DNA of 64,000 nucleotides from Lingula anatina (taxonomy: Eukaryota > Animalia > Brachiopoda), in NCBI GenBank assembly GCA_051362555.1, contig CM120640.1, positions 51,376,788-51,440,787 on the forward strand, in the 5' to 3' direction. The notes beneath the pieces were generated by a model. That model ran no database searches, was not told where the DNA came from, and was given only the letters and a program-made list of their open reading frames with translations. Shown here one piece after another: positions 1-14,674 of the stretch (its first letter is position 1; each line of letters begins with the position of its first letter). A program made the translations under genes and the position numbers.

Positions 1-1164
1 GACAACCACTGCTAGATAACATATTTATTAATTGGTCAATGATAAAATAGTCTTGTCCTATTATCAAATTATAACTTTTCCAAGGAGTTACAAGCCCTGT
101 TGAAAGATTTGTTTCATATATTCTGGATTATACAAGCTTATAGTGTGCTCCATTAGTCTGGAAGGCATCTGCGGAGATGAAATATCACAGCCTGTGCTGG
201 TAACATGAGTAATAGGACTCATAACATTACTTTTGTCATGAAAATTTCAATTAAGCTGTACAACATGAAGCCTCAGGGCCGTCATCCACATTAGACATGG
301 CAACTTCCTCTCATATACACACATACTCAGGCAGAGAAAGGGGGAAAATATAATGTCCAAACTTATAAGTTTGCTATCTACCAAGTGGCAGAATTCCTTC
401 TAGTAATATTAAATAAACCTACAGTTTTCTATCCTTGGGTGATCCTTCCATTCTTGTAAAGTTTTATGGCATAACAAGCTGGCACATAGTGCATGAACTA
501 ATACATTTTTCAGTGGCAACCCTTTGCCACATAGCCAATTGCCTCACCATGGTAACTAGATGTATGTCATGTACCACAGTTCAGCTGGTTGTGTGTCCTT
601 TTCAAAACATTATGCACAACATACGTACTTTGTTTCTGTTTCATTTATGACTACATTTTCTGTGTTTATGCTCCAATTGATTATTCCCTTGGCATAAATA
701 TTAATACACTTAAATTGTAATATAAAATGCTTTTAAAGAAAAATAACTGTTCTAATCTTTAAAAATTTGCTACATAAAACCAATCAAAAATGTTCTAAAC
801 ATTATTCTACATTAAAATCTGCCTAAATGGCTGGCAACTGAATGATTGATTGATTAAATTTTTTTCACTTGAATTTCACTTACTATAGGACTCAAACTAA
901 CAATTCTCTCACACTTGGAGGTAAGGTGAAGTGCTTTAACATGAGGATTTACTTTACTGAACAATATCAGAGCTATATTCTTTTCAACTGTTGGCTTAGC
1001 TAACTGTGCAGTTTATAGTCCAGAATACCTACTGGTTATTAACTTTAAATTTCAAATCCACTACAAACCACAATCAAATTTGATTTTTTTAGATCTATAT
1101 GAGCAATTCAAAGATCTACCTCTACCCCACCCACCAAAAATAAAAATACGGATCTAAAAATCCA

Positions 1165-1171
<7 letters not shown>

Positions 1172-1244
<73 letters not shown>
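1172..1244. repeat. (AT)n microsatellite
   Basis: Read directly. Confidence 0.95.
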
Positions 1245-1250
<6 letters not shown>

Positions 1251-2788
1251 TTTTTTTTTTTGAGGGAGAAAGGCACAATATTTCATGTGTTATTACCATT
1301 TGGAAAAGAGGTCTAATTCTATAACATCAATTCTTTCTTACTTACACAATATCTTTGCAAGAGAGTGATGCTTAATTGCACTTCAGTCAATTTCAGAACC
1401 TGACACAGATGCCAAACATTTTGTATTAAAACTAAAATAGATCTGATCAGACACCATGTTCTGTCAATACTCTGGATATAGCCTTAGGTTTGAAACCCAT
1501 TTAGTGGGTTAAGTTAAAATATTTTCTGCACCAGATCATCCACTACCCCCTACTCTCCCCCCCCCCCCCCCCCCCCATGATATCAATTGATATTCACACT
1601 AATGAATCCCTATGTATTAGAGCAATTTTTAGACTTTGACCAGTTTTCTTTAACATATGATTTACAATTATACTTGTGTTCAGAATATTGCATATCCACA
1701 TATTTTTGAGCACCTGTCAAACATTTGATATATATACTTCTGGCAAGCCATGTTTTAAAGTTTCCTGTGTTCCCTGTAACAAGGCACATGATTGAATTGT
1801 TATATTTCCATGTTTGGAAAAGTTTATACAACATTATTAAATGTCTGAAATAAGATCATGAAGGCCTTTTATTGCTTTCTATTTAGAGAATGCTTAGTAC
1901 AGAATGATCAGGTAGAGCTGACCTTTAAAACTATAATGCTAAAGTTAATGTGCTTTGACATCACCAGCTTCTGTGTGAACTTCAGGTGGTAAACAAACAA
2001 CAGAGAAAATCATGATACTGAATCCATCAATCTATTTGTAATCACACATGCAAATATGCATCAAGTACTTCTTTCCACAAGTTTATTTACATACAAGGTC
2101 AAAACAATAAAAATGAGAGGTCATTTAAAGTGGAAGGTGCCAAGACACTGTCCCCTGCCCCAGGTGCCAAAATCTGACTCAATGACAGTGCCTGGTACTG
2201 GAAACCTTTGCTTTAAGCCATAACATTTCAAGTGTCATTACCTGTAGTTAAAGAAAAAAAATAAAAAAAAAAAAACAAAAGAAAAGTAACGCAAATCATT
2301 TTACTTTCATTAACTGCATATGCATGTTTATGCTTTTCCTTAGAAGAGAAATTCTCAAATGTCACTAAAAACAAAAATCTTCACTACCTCTTTAAGTCAC
2401 ATTGTATCTTCAAGAGCTGTTGAAACCAGCTAGTCAGTATAAATACATATATTGATCATATTGCTTTGCCTTTGCATAATAAGATTATTTTAGGACGTAA
2501 GATCTCTAGACAATTTTCATTTCCATCTGGAATGTTCAAATGAAGTTTGACTCTACAGAATGTTTAAGGAGCAATATCACACATGGGACAACTGATACTT
2601 ATGTTGCTTTAAATATATCTTGCAGTAGCATTCATTGATCAATGTGACTTTGTGGTTATTTTTCTCTTACCAGTGTCTTATACGAAACGTAAATAAACAC
2701 ATGATAAAACTGATACCTTTAATTTTCATCTTTTCATGTAAGCAATTTTTGTTAGGGGAGACTATTACACGATCAAATTATTCTGCAA

Positions 2789-2986
2789 GTGACCATTTGG
2801 TTCACTGAAAAGTTTGCTAAACAGTTACTTTCAACAAGGTACAAGGATGATTTTCCTTACTATTCTCTTATGATGAAATATTTCATAGTTGTACCTCTCA
2901 ATAGTGCATCATGTGAAAAAGGATTCAGTAGACAAAACACTGTAAAATCTAAAAGGAGGAATCATCCTGCAGAGGAAAGATTTTAA
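2789..2986 (+). mobile_element. Decayed hAT-family transposase fragment (C-terminal dimerisation domain)
   Basis: The ORF encodes DDFPYYSLMMKYFIVVPLNSASCEKGFSRQNTVKSKRRNH, matching the hATC pattern FP.L..L....L..P.SSA.CER.FS....K...RN. It is short and isolated, with no TIRs seen. Confidence 0.75.
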
Positions 2987-4939
2987 TCTTTAAAAATTTA
3001 AAAATGAGCTTCTCTGAATTTCCGTAAACAAGCCCCAATTTGCATGCAGCACAGAATTTCTGTGCTTAAAGCTACAAAGAAAGTAACTTTATTTTACACA
3101 CAAAATTAATTTTTTGAGAAAATGGCCCTTTTATACATTTAAAAGTGGACTGTACCTAGAAGTGGAGAAATGAAGTTATGAAAGTGAAAGCTGTTTTGTC
3201 ACAAGTTTCTGATGATGTCAACAGCAGCCCGCATAGTACTTATTTTGTCACATCTGTCAAATTTTTTTTCCATGTAAGCATTATGATTCAATTTTTAAGT
3301 CTATTTCAATTTAAATTTTTGGTCTTTATAAATAATAAAATATACTAAGAAATACTTTAAAATCTTGTATTACTCTTTCAGAAAAAATATCATTTGAAAT
3401 TTCTTATCAGAGACATATATATACTGTCATGACCAGTGGCTATAAAAGGAAAATACTATTCATCAGAAGAATCTGGACAAGCAAATTCCAATTGAAACAT
3501 TAATTATAAAGTATCATAATAAAGATTGATATATAGGCAAGCAGTCTCCTCAGGAGTTGTAGATGAAATACATGACATCCATGTGCAGCCAAGTATAGCT
3601 TAAGTCCAACAGGTCATTTGATGATTGATAACCTTAACACATCACATAAAACCCCCATATCTCACCTTACAGGTAATTCTACAGCAGTGTGTGGTGGGAG
3701 GATGGCTCTAAAAAAATTCAGTTTCATTGGAAAATTTCATAAAATTATGGTGAGTTTTTTCTGGTAGTGGAATAATATTGACCATTCTCCATATCTCACA
3801 GAGACAAAGAAAAATATACCCGTCAAATATATGCAATGACACAAATAACAGCCCGTTACCTACAATAACCCTTAGGGGACTGTTCCATCTGGCACATTTT
3901 GCTGTTAATAACCTGGAGAGTTAAGAATTAAGACACAAAAAGACATAAACACCTAGCAAGTTTTCATAAAGATGCTTGGTGTTGCTATCAATTTTTTACA
4001 GACAGAATATGTATGACTTTAACCCCAATGACTTAAACCCAAGGTTATTTTTTTAATCTGCTCTATCTTTGAGCCCAGCCCCTGACAGTATTCCAAGGTA
4101 AATAGCTTCTACAGAGAGATTCCTCTCACAGATGAAATATTAAGGTGTATAATTAGAGAATTCCTGACAAGCCAGTCAGTCTCCTACAAAGTGATGATAT
4201 ACTACCTGTATGTCCATTAATATACTTTTCAACTCACCAACAGCAGCAGGTGCTGATGGGTGTAAAAGAGGGAATATTTTGTAACAAATGGATTTTGTCT
4301 TTTTAAAATAATTTCCACAAATCACTAGTTTACTGTGTACATACCAGCTGTTCCATGTGATGACTGGAAAGACCTCCAGCTGATGGAGACAGCTCTGTGA
4401 CATAGCATACTTCATATGAAACACAATCTGCCCACTATTAGAGTTTAAGAACAGCGCTTTATAGAAGAACCCATGGTCAGCATATCTGTTTACAGTTAAA
4501 TGTTAATCAAGTAACTAGATGCTAAAATACCAGATTTACATCAAGTCTTGAGAAATTTCAGAGGCATTCTCAAAAGGGACTATCTTATGAATCCATCATG
4601 CTATGAAATGCATATATCTCCTGCATCACAATGATACAGTAAAGGCACTTCAAAGGAGGAATTAATTAAAAAATCCCATACACTTTACCTCTGATTAGCA
4701 ATATCAACTAATTCCATCTCTGTTTTAAATACAGCTATTTAGCAATAGACTAGACATACTTATCATAGATAAAACTGCACTATTTGTCCACAAAAATGCT
4801 AAAACCAGAAGGCACTTCACCATACCCTTTACTAGACAAACTATATAAATATAATTTCTAAATTATGCCATGGACATTTTCTTTTTTTTTCACATTGTAT
4901 GTGACATTTTTAATCTGCATATCACAACATGCAACTTAC

Positions 4940-5361
4940 CGTGCTCTTTCTTGTGATATTAAGTGCAGCACATGTCCATTTATTTCTTGAACTTCATCAT
5001 GAACTTGTAAATGATTTCCACTGTCTGCAATACTGCCAGGCCGTAGCTCAACTACCTGTATCACAGTCTTTGGTTTTCCATCTTGTTGTAATTGATGACT
5101 TTCTGTCTCAGATTGTACACTCCCCAGCTTAATACCAAACTCTGGATCTTTATTGCCTTTTATAATATACTCTAATATCCATACGCCATCCTCTTTCCCT
5201 TGTTTGACTGTCACTTTTACATCTCCTTCATTGGTTGAGGTGCAACACGAACCATCAACTTCTGTCTTTTTCTCCAACTTCTGATGATCATTTCCTGGTA
5301 ACCTTCTTTTAGGAGGCCGTGGAGACAACAGCCCTTTAAAATAAGAAGACAAGCTGTCCAT
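4940..5361 (-). CDS. Exon of a PDZ-domain protein (N-terminal part); rest of the gene unresolved, possibly pseudogenised
   Basis: ATG at 5361. Translation includes EFGIKLG...VIQVVELRPGSIADSGNHLQVHDEVQEINGHVL..ISQERAR, which has the PDZ GxxA..L..D.I..ING pattern. The exon ends at a GTAAG donor after 4940. Confidence 0.65.
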
Positions 5362-6131
5362 AATGCTGGCCAAGTAGGAGAATCACATCACTGCAGCACA
5401 CTGATAACTGAACCGCTATGACATCATGTCACTGTTTCACACTGAAAATCTTGGTTGGTTGAATATACTAGTGATCTCCATCAATTCCACTGTATTTTCT
5501 ACATGGCATTATACACCATCTGTGTCTCTGACTGGCACTCAGGTCTGTTCCTGTCATATCTAAGGTTGACTGACAGAGACTAATGAGGCTTTATCATGGA
5601 TGTAGTGCCTGTTTGCCTTGTCTCAACTGGAAAATGTAATATTTATCATTTCAGTTCGCACTCCACTTAGCTGCAGTAGGATCTGTGTGACTCAAAGAAC
5701 ATGTGCAAAAAGTAAAAATATCATTAAGATATCATCTCACAAAAATTCTGAATTTTGAATTAATGACTTGTTTTAAGATTTTTTAATAGTATACACATTA
5801 CAGTAAACTTATTAAGTGTAAAGCAGATATATTTTCTACAACCTGCTCTTAGAAAAGAGTTAAATGAATTTCAGTAAAACATAAAATAAAGATGCCTTAA
5901 ATGTTAGGGCAGAGTGCAACCTATGTATTTCCATTTTGAAAATCATAACTCTTTAATCTTAAGAGCCTGAACAGGTTGATGGATAATTTTTTTCTTCTTT
6001 ACTACATAACACATAAAATCAAGGTGACATGTATTGTATTTGGGAATATCATTTAAAAAAATCATTATTTCACAACATTCTTCAAAAAAATTGACAGGAT
6101 TTTACCCACCATTATATTTTAAAACGTTCAT

Positions 6132-6190
6132 GAATAATAATAATTATAATAATAATAATAATAATTATTATTATTATTATTATTATTATA
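6132..6190. repeat. (AAT)n followed by (ATT)n, forming a near-palindromic microsatellite
   Basis: Read directly. Confidence 0.9.
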
Positions 6191-6760
6191 ACCTTATTGG
6201 TACAGGTTTTATACTTAATAGGCGTTTTAACCTCCTATTAATCATCAAAAATTACTCATCTGCAATTTCAAAGGCGAGTTTTAAACGTTTTGTTAATTCT
6301 TACCAAAAATATTGATGTATCTTACATTTTCTCTTTGCTGCCAAGACGTGTGCAAATTAGAAGATCAATCATATATTACTATATTTTAACCAGTACATAA
6401 GATTTTTTTCATTCGTAGAATTGTGTCTTCAAGCATGAATTAATATTAGTAGTAACTATACATGATGATGCTGAATTTGACATGCAGTGCTAGATGATAG
6501 ATCTATTTTCATTATTGGTAAAACACACTTTTTACAATCATTTTCTGAATGGAAATAAGATTTTTGGACTTACAAAGCTGTTCTCCGATAACTTTAGATG
6601 AACAGTGGTCTTCTTCTGTGTTCAATGTGGCATTTTACGGTAAAAATTGGTTACTTTAACTTTAGGCCATTCATCCGCAATATGCTCAGGAAGTCTAATT
6701 CATTAAGTTGACCTAATTTGCTCTTGTACTTTCATTGGATGACCTATTTCGATTTCTACT

Positions 6761-6773
6761 CGCCACCTGCTGG
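6761..6773 (-). promoter_or_regulatory. CTCF-like motif
   Basis: The reverse complement CCAGCAGGTGGCG matches the bilaterian CTCF core consensus. It lies in a locally CpG-containing intergenic stretch between the PDZ and MS4A-like genes. Confidence 0.35.
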
Positions 6774-9520
6774 TGCAACAGCAAACTAGTGGAGCGTACA
6801 TGGAAGACGGTGTGTCTTGCGCAGATGTGTGTGTGTGTGTGTGTGGAGGGGGTGGGGGTGTAGTCTTAAGAGGCTGTAACGTTTTACCAACTAAAAATTG
6901 GCACTTCTTATCAAGTTACACATTTAGTTAATATATAAATTTAACATTTATAACAAATTTAATTGTTTTAAAATTAGATTCCCCTTACAGAAACGCCAAA
7001 CTTTTATAAGCATATCCTCGTGTGAATGAAGACGCGGGTTGTCTGGCTTTATGGAATTGAAAAGATGATGAAAAGGTAACTGAAATTTACGGCCCACCTG
7101 AAATACAGTCCCCGCTGCCGATCAATTTCAAATTATACCTGTGCCTTTTCGTCGCTTTATATATAGTTTTCAGGGAGGAGCAATCGGCGATCTTAACGTA
7201 TTTACAGTCTTTTATTGTCATTATTATTTGAATTTTTTTATTTTTATCTATAACCCTTTCTTTTCAACTTTTTAATAACAGTCAACCTAGGACGTTTAAA
7301 ATAGATTCGCCCAAGATTACTGAAAACTTGAGCTTACCGTTCCAAATGTTAAGAGAATTTTGCACGCTGAAAAAATTTACAGTGCTGTAACCGCGTTTCC
7401 CCTTCGCCCCCTCTCTTAAAAGGCACATAGTGTAGTTTTTCAATTAAATTCACCTTATTAAATTATGCTGCCCCACATTTTATAGTAAAAAAGTTCAATT
7501 AGTCTTATTTGTAACTAATTCTCCCCATTACACTTTTAAGAATGTCCTTCCTTCATGTTCCTTTGTGTAGACTAAGACAAAATCTGTTTTTGATAATTTT
7601 ATGTTCTTATCAAGATGTGAGCAGACTATTATTCCTTCTCCACCATAAAAATGGATTCCATAAATATTTTTAAAAATGTATTTCATGTTTTTTACAGGTT
7701 GATTATATGCTTTATATGTGAAACAAAAATTAAATATGCCTAGCTGCTTATTACGAATAAATTTTGCAATGTTAAACGTTTAATTTTGATTATTATGTGC
7801 AATATATTTTTTCAAGATATCAGTTTTGTGCCGCAAGTTTTATTTAAAAAATATTTGTTCTAAGTTTCTGTTTGCTTTTATAACAACGTTTTATCATAGT
7901 CACTTAATTTGTAAAAAAAAACTTAAAATAACTTTAAAAATAATGTGATAATTTTTATTCACCCAAAAAATAAGAACAAAAACAAAAAACTTAATAAGAA
8001 AATTTATGAAACAAAATATAGAGTCTCATAAGAACATTTATGGAGTTTTAAAAATGAAACTAAAATACTACTTCATCATAATTGCTAAATAACCCTAACA
8101 TTTTACAATTACTGAATTAGAACTTCTTAAAACTTGATGCCTGAACTACTTTGTATGAAGTTACAAGCTTGAAAGCAATAAAAATTGAAAAAATATCAAG
8201 GGCAGTATTCTTGAAGCTTACAAACAAATGTAAAATAAATACCCATCCAATGAAAAAATGTGTTCTTGATCACAAGTTCAAAAAATTATCAAAAAGTTTT
8301 TCAATTGTAGTCCAATGTTAAGCAAGATAACTTATGGAGCAATGGATGAGATTCATATAGGATAAGAACTATTTTTACTACAAGCTTCTTATTTTCATTT
8401 ATCAAACATGTTATGAAGTGATTTGTTTAAAGACAAAGAAACAAACTTTAAAAATAACATCCTTTGATTTTACTAGTAGCTGTAAAACTGTCATCCTCAC
8501 TGTTTCAACTATATACATGTACATGTCACTATATTTTGGACAATCTTAAGTGTAATGAGACTAAATGTGTATTCAGGAAGAGCACACACCAGTGTTTAAT
8601 ATGTTAAAAATACTGTAATTTATAAAATAGTAAAACTGTACATTATTATTATTTGAAATTTGCTACCATTATGAATATGTACAAATGTATTTTTTGGCAG
8701 TTTTTGGGGCATAAGAGAAAGCTCATTACTGGACTGCCTGGGTGTGTGTGGGGGGGGGATTCATGTCCCAGTCCTGAGAATGGGAGAAAAAAAGAATAGG
8801 TGTGGGTTGTGTAGCTTACTCTCAGCCCAAGGACCTTTTTTTGGATTGATCATTGACTCATTTTGACTGCTGGACCAAAACATGCCCCCTTAACTAATGT
8901 GAGGAAATGTGCAATGTGTCGATAAGAGAGTAAGGGTAAAATTGATAATAAAACTGAAATTGTATCAAATGTACATGTAAGTGAAAAATGTTAGCAAAAT
9001 GTTTAGTACTTTGCAAATTTGCATACAAGATTATTTAAAGCAACTTATGGTTTTCCTCATTTTTAAGTACATGTAATGAAGTAAAATACAGTACATTAAT
9101 AAAAACTGATACTCTAAATTGCAGTTTGGTCTAGTTAACTTAAATGTAGTGGTGGCTTACATACAAGCTATTAAACAAGCAAACAGCCTAAAGGACATTT
9201 CACATCAAGCAATATTTTACCTGTACCAGTGTGCTTTGAGACTGGCTACCATGTGATTACACTTCAGGGACTTCTTTAGACAGAAGTTAATTAATTGGCC
9301 ATGTCAATTGCAGGAGCTCAGTTTAGGTGGCCCTCTTATGCAATACCGAGACTATCAAGGTGTCAGTCTTTCAAAGCATACCATACAGCAGAATCTCTAA
9401 GATATGGTACTCTTCTTGTGAAATTTGGAGTACCATACTCCAGTCTATTAATTTGGCACACGGAGTACTGGCATGTTGTCCATATATGAATTAACATTGC
9501 TTCAATCAAGCAATGAAAAT

Positions 9521-12500
9521 TTAACCCAAACTCTCCTGTTGTTTGGAGCAATTCTCCTGTGGCACCTGTCCAGCAGCAGTAGGGTCAGAAGGCTCCGCAC
9601 CCACTTGTTGTTGCAGTTGTTGTGGCTGATATTGCTGTAATTGGACTGGTGTTAGCTGTGGGACTCCTGGGTAAGCATACACTTGGGGTTGATTAGGAAC
9701 ACCAGCTATAACAGGACCTTACAAATAAAATGAACATAGTTATCTTTACTGTTACAAAATGATTAATATTTTACCATATATGGCATCTTATTCAGCCATT
9801 TTGCAAAAAATACTTGGATGCTTATCACAATTTTACTCAGATGCACTGTTAAATTGGCAGTTCATGGGAAGCTCAAAGCAGGCACATGCTTCTGCTGTAG
9901 CCCCGTCTTACTCCATGAAAAAAAAGCAGTGTAAGGAACAAAACCAGACAAAACCAAGCAATATTCATCCTTGTGCCCTGTGTATTTTAGTATAATAACA
10001 CATCAACTGCTCTATATTTGCCAAGCAAAGTGACTGAATTTTTTTATCCTTGTGCTCCCTCCTAACCACCCTCTATGCACTAAGCAAAATTCTGGATCCA
10101 CCAGGGCTGATATGGAAAATTGTACAATGTACCCATTTTTAAATCTTTTTATTTGATGTTTTTCTATTAGAATTTAAGATACATTGTACTAAATATTGTA
10201 ATATCAATCATGATTATTCAAAAATCTAAAAAGATAGAAAAGCTTTGTAAAAGATGACCACAAAAGAAATACTGACACAAAACTGGATTTGCAACTGATG
10301 AATAATTATGCATTACATATATTAATTGGAAAGTCTACAGAATAACCATTAACTTCCAAGGCAGGTGTTTACAACTTAGAACCCATAACTAAATATTTTT
10401 ATTTTTTTGGCAATTTCTGGTTGTAGGAGACATTGATTCTGTATCATATTATCTAGGCTGGAAATTCTGCATGAGTCCCATAGGACTGCTCACCTGTCTG
10501 CATCACATATCCCACTTGTCCATGTGGCAATGCAGAAAACACACCAGGGGGAGCTCCTGGTGCTGGTACAAACAACACTTGGTGGTTTCCACCCACTGGG
10601 CCAGTGACATACTGAACCTGCATGGGCATGCCATAGGAGTATGCCTGAAATGTAAATTAACATATATGTTTGTATAAAAAAAATTAATTTGAAAATTTTA
10701 ATTTGAAAAGGCCCCATTCAGATCGCTAGCTAGCTAGGACCCGACCTAAATATGGCAGACCTACATGAAAGAAGACTGCTTAATCCTGTAATGGTCTCTC
10801 TGCCTCTCACACGCCTGTTTTGGATCGTGTGAAAATTTTTTAACTTTGAGAAACTTTAAAATTTGAGAAATCTGTTTGTTCATTTTCCTTTAATTTGGTG
10901 TTTTATTTTCTATTTCATGGCATTATTTTGCTGCCTGGGGCCAGTTTTAGGACCAAGAGGCCCAAGAGCAGACTTACACATACTCTTTTTTCATGGCAGC
11001 ACACACACAATTCAGTACAGTGCGGACTTACCCCTGGTTCACTACAGCACATACACACTGTTTTGCAGCATAGAGCAGAGGCCCAAATTGCTGCTATGGC
11101 TTCCAATATTGCCACAGCAATCAAAAAGGATTGCACCCCAATCTTGGCCTACCAGAAAACAAAAATTCAGACATATATATATATAATGAGAAAATGCTAC
11201 TTAACATAAGTAATTTTATAACAGGGGTATCTCAATGGGTGCCAAATGCATGGTGCAAAATTTAACTTATAAAAAATACTTTTAATTCCATCAGAGAGAA
11301 CCATATATAATAATGGTTAAACACTATTCACAATACTAAGTCCAGGCACATTTTGCATCAAAAAGTATCAGATTATCTCTCTCTTAAATTGTTTATTCAT
11401 AAGTACATTGTTCCAGAGTTTCAGTCGTGAATTGGCAAATGGACAGACAACAAATTTCAAAATGTGTGACAACAAGAGCTCTTTATAAATGAGTTAGCCA
11501 AATTTCAAAATTTGATGGCCCATATTAAAAGATACGATAGAATTAGGAAGTTACAAAAAACTACACTCACCTGCTTGTGAGGGTCACATTCATGGCAGTC
11601 CGGACGGGCAATAAGGCGGTAAGAGATTTTCCCACTTTGATCAATGGAAGACACTGTCTGGTATGAGTTCCCTGTGCAGCAATGTGGGTAATTTCCATGA
11701 CGGACATCATACGCTATACCAGGCCCTGACAACATTACTAAAATGCCAGCTGCACAGGCTGATAGGATACACAACACCATAACTGCAATTATCTGAAAGA
11801 GAGGGTCACGATTATGTACTAAACATTTTATATAATAATAAATTAAAAACATAAGTTCAATTCAAAATAAAAAAAAAAAAGAAATTCTGTCAACATAAAA
11901 TTTTGCTTACTTTGATGGAGATTTGAAAGGGATAAGACTTGTAACTTCTTTTTCCCAAAAGTAGGCATGCTGGCCAACAGTTTTTAGCCCTAAAAAAAGG
12001 AAAGCACCCCCTCCTTCATCCCCAACAGAAGTAACTACACTAGATAATTAGTATCAGATATACTTACGTTTTTGATCAGTTGTTCTTTAGAGTTACCAGT
12101 CAAAATTCCTAACCCCACACATTTCAAAGCTAAAAAATTTTCTTTCATGCATTTCTACTGATATTTAAATACTTACAGTAATTTTTACTCAAGTTTTTGT
12201 CTATAACTTAAACTGGCAAGGTGTAGATTTAAGTAAATCAACCTCAAACAAAATAAAAATCAGTGGCCTGCTCGGTAAGATTTACATTTCACCAACCTGA
12301 GGCCAGGGGGACTATGACAACTTTTAATGCTTAACTTAATAATTCACATATAAATCTCCTTTTCCAACTCCCCTACACATAGTTCAATCCATTTTAACAC
12401 TGGACAGTTGTGTAGTACTTTCTTACCAAACCATTTGACTTCTTAGATGCTGCAAACATTCCAACAACACCTGTAGCAAAAAACTGAAAAAAAGTTATTC

Positions 12501-12861
12501 AAATATTTGAGTGTATTGATATAAAATGAATACATATAATGTACAATATTTGTAAACATATACTTTATATCAAAAATATCTAACAATCTTTGAAAGTACA
12601 TTTTCACTTAATTTCATTTGCTGCTTCAAATTTCACAGTTTTCTTGTCATTAGAATCTCAAACTATTCTTTCAGACAGTTAAAAACAAAATAAAACTTTA
12701 AATACTCATATGTACCCATAGACTCAATAATTAATATTTTAATATAATTTAGTATTTTTGGTTTTGAATACTTTAACTGATATTGATAAGTTTTTTTGCT
12801 TTATGGTATACCAGTATGGCACTCTTAGAACTTTTTATGTGGTTTTAAAGTTCATGCACCC

Positions 12862-12908
<47 letters not shown>

Positions 12909-13231
12909 CATGTAGTAATTTTACGACAATCATTTCTAACCAATCTAGGTGACAGCCAAGGGTCAATATGACAAATGTAAATAATTCAGTCAAATGTCAA
13001 AGCACATACTTTCAAGTTACTTACCAACACCCCACACCAAATGCCAGAGCCAACAGAATCAGCAATTGCAGCTTGTATCACAATGCACACAATACCAAAG
13101 ACTATAGACAACACCCCTAAGACGATCTGTGACATTGAGAGAAAGATCAGTGCACGGCTGGCAAACAGTGGACGTGCATTGCTGGTGTTCATCCTCCTTG
13201 GAGGACCAAGTGCTGACTGGTTTGACTGCAT
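9521..13231 (-). CDS. MS4A/CD20-like four-transmembrane protein, ~316 aa, 6 coding exons
   Basis: Exons 13231-13025, 12483-12427, 11792-11571, 11148-11032, 10644-10494 and 9717-9521 all have GT/AG boundaries and a continuous frame. There are four hydrophobic segments, including QIVLGVLSIVFGI and GSGIWCGVL|FFATGVVGMFAASKK (CD20-like G.W.G..F..G motif), a post-TM4 CCxxxC cluster, and a Pro/Gln-rich tail ending QESLG*. Confidence 0.85.
12863..12905. repeat. Poly-T tract (poly-A on the minus strand)
   Basis: Read directly. Intronic. Confidence 0.9.
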
Positions 13232-13647
13232 TGCACCTATCAGTGAAAGTAGTAACAATGCTGTAAATAAAGGTCAATGTATCCTGCCAAAATATGTACA
13301 TTCGTCTGGTACACTGAAAGTACTGATAACTCATCCTAATAGGGACTCAAATCTTTGTTTATCATTCTATACATCAACTTACACTTTCTGCAACGTCTTT
13401 TCCATTCTAATCATGACTTAGTACAGTGAATTATATTCTTGTGATTGATATAAAATTGTATTCCAACATCTTAATAGTGAGTCTAGCACGCTTAACAAGC
13501 ATCCGTTGTTATCTTCAACTTTTTCCGTATTCAAAGTGATTGCGTATTGGGGTCAGCTACACTACACCAGAAGTAGGGTCCTACCAGCAGTGTTCGAGGT
13601 CTAATTATAGTATATTTTTACAGACTTATCGAAAGCGGAAGACTTAC

Positions 13648-13760
13648 CCTTGTGCCTGGGGCGAGTAACTCTAATATGAAAGGTATTATATCGGTAGGCC
13701 TATCGGGCACACAAATCGCTGGACGCATTCCAGTCACCGATAAACAGGAAGTGTCAGCCG
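13648..13760 (-). promoter_or_regulatory. Probable non-coding first exon/promoter of the MS4A-like gene
   Basis: GTAAGT donor next to 13648, a CpG-rich stretch, and an ETS-like CAGGAAGTG at ~13745-13753. Confidence 0.4.
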
Positions 13761-14135
13761 TCTCAACTAGCGCATTTTTAAATAACATCGGCAAAGAGTC
13801 ATCGTAAGGCCAAGCACGAAATGATGTTCTTAAAACATGCAAACGAGCACAGCAGCTAAATTTCATGGATAGCATTTTTTCTTTTTTTTTTTTTTTTTTC
13901 AAAATCCACAGTGTAATTTACTTTAGAGCATAAAAACAACTGCATAAAGTTTTTTCAGGGGTCACATTCTAATTATCTCTCACTTTCCAAACCATTGCAA
14001 TACCCTGTACATTAAAAAAAATAAGGTGAGAAAAAATTCTAATTTACTTACAATTAAGGCTGGCGCGCTCGTTAAACAACGTATCAATTTTCAATTTTCT
14101 CTGGCTAGTCCCAAATTTTCGGCAGGCGATTTCAG

Positions 14136-14171
<36 letters not shown>

Positions 14172-14546
14172 AGAAATTTTCATTAGTATAAGTCTTATCT
14201 AGTATAACAGTCCATTAATCTCAGTCACACTAGAAATACAAACAAAATTCCAAATATTTTAAAAGACTTTTCTTTCCTCAGCCTTGCCCCGAAGGCGATG
14301 CCTGAAAATGGCTGTTGATCCGTAACAGGGTTATTTTGCCCCCCCCCCCCCCCCCCCCCATAAGATTCATGAATAAACATCGGTCGAAAAATATTGAACA
14401 TGTTATATATTTTAAGATATTAGCACTATGTGCATGAGCATGAAGCGACAGGGCAACATAACATGAGTAACATTGAATGTTTGAGACCAAAGGATTAGTC
14501 TGATAGATTTGGGAGGCAGTAAACATTGTTTTAGTAGTCAAACTTG

Positions 14547-14674
<128 letters not shown>

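Noticed and set aside
3666-4252. Small AG/GT-bounded segments (4252-4238, 3707-3666) as PDZ-gene exons
   Set aside because: They cannot be linked into a convincing frame or domain without transcript data.
6034-6315. ORF with poly-N/poly-Y
   Set aside because: Translation of the (AAT)n/(ATT)n repeat.
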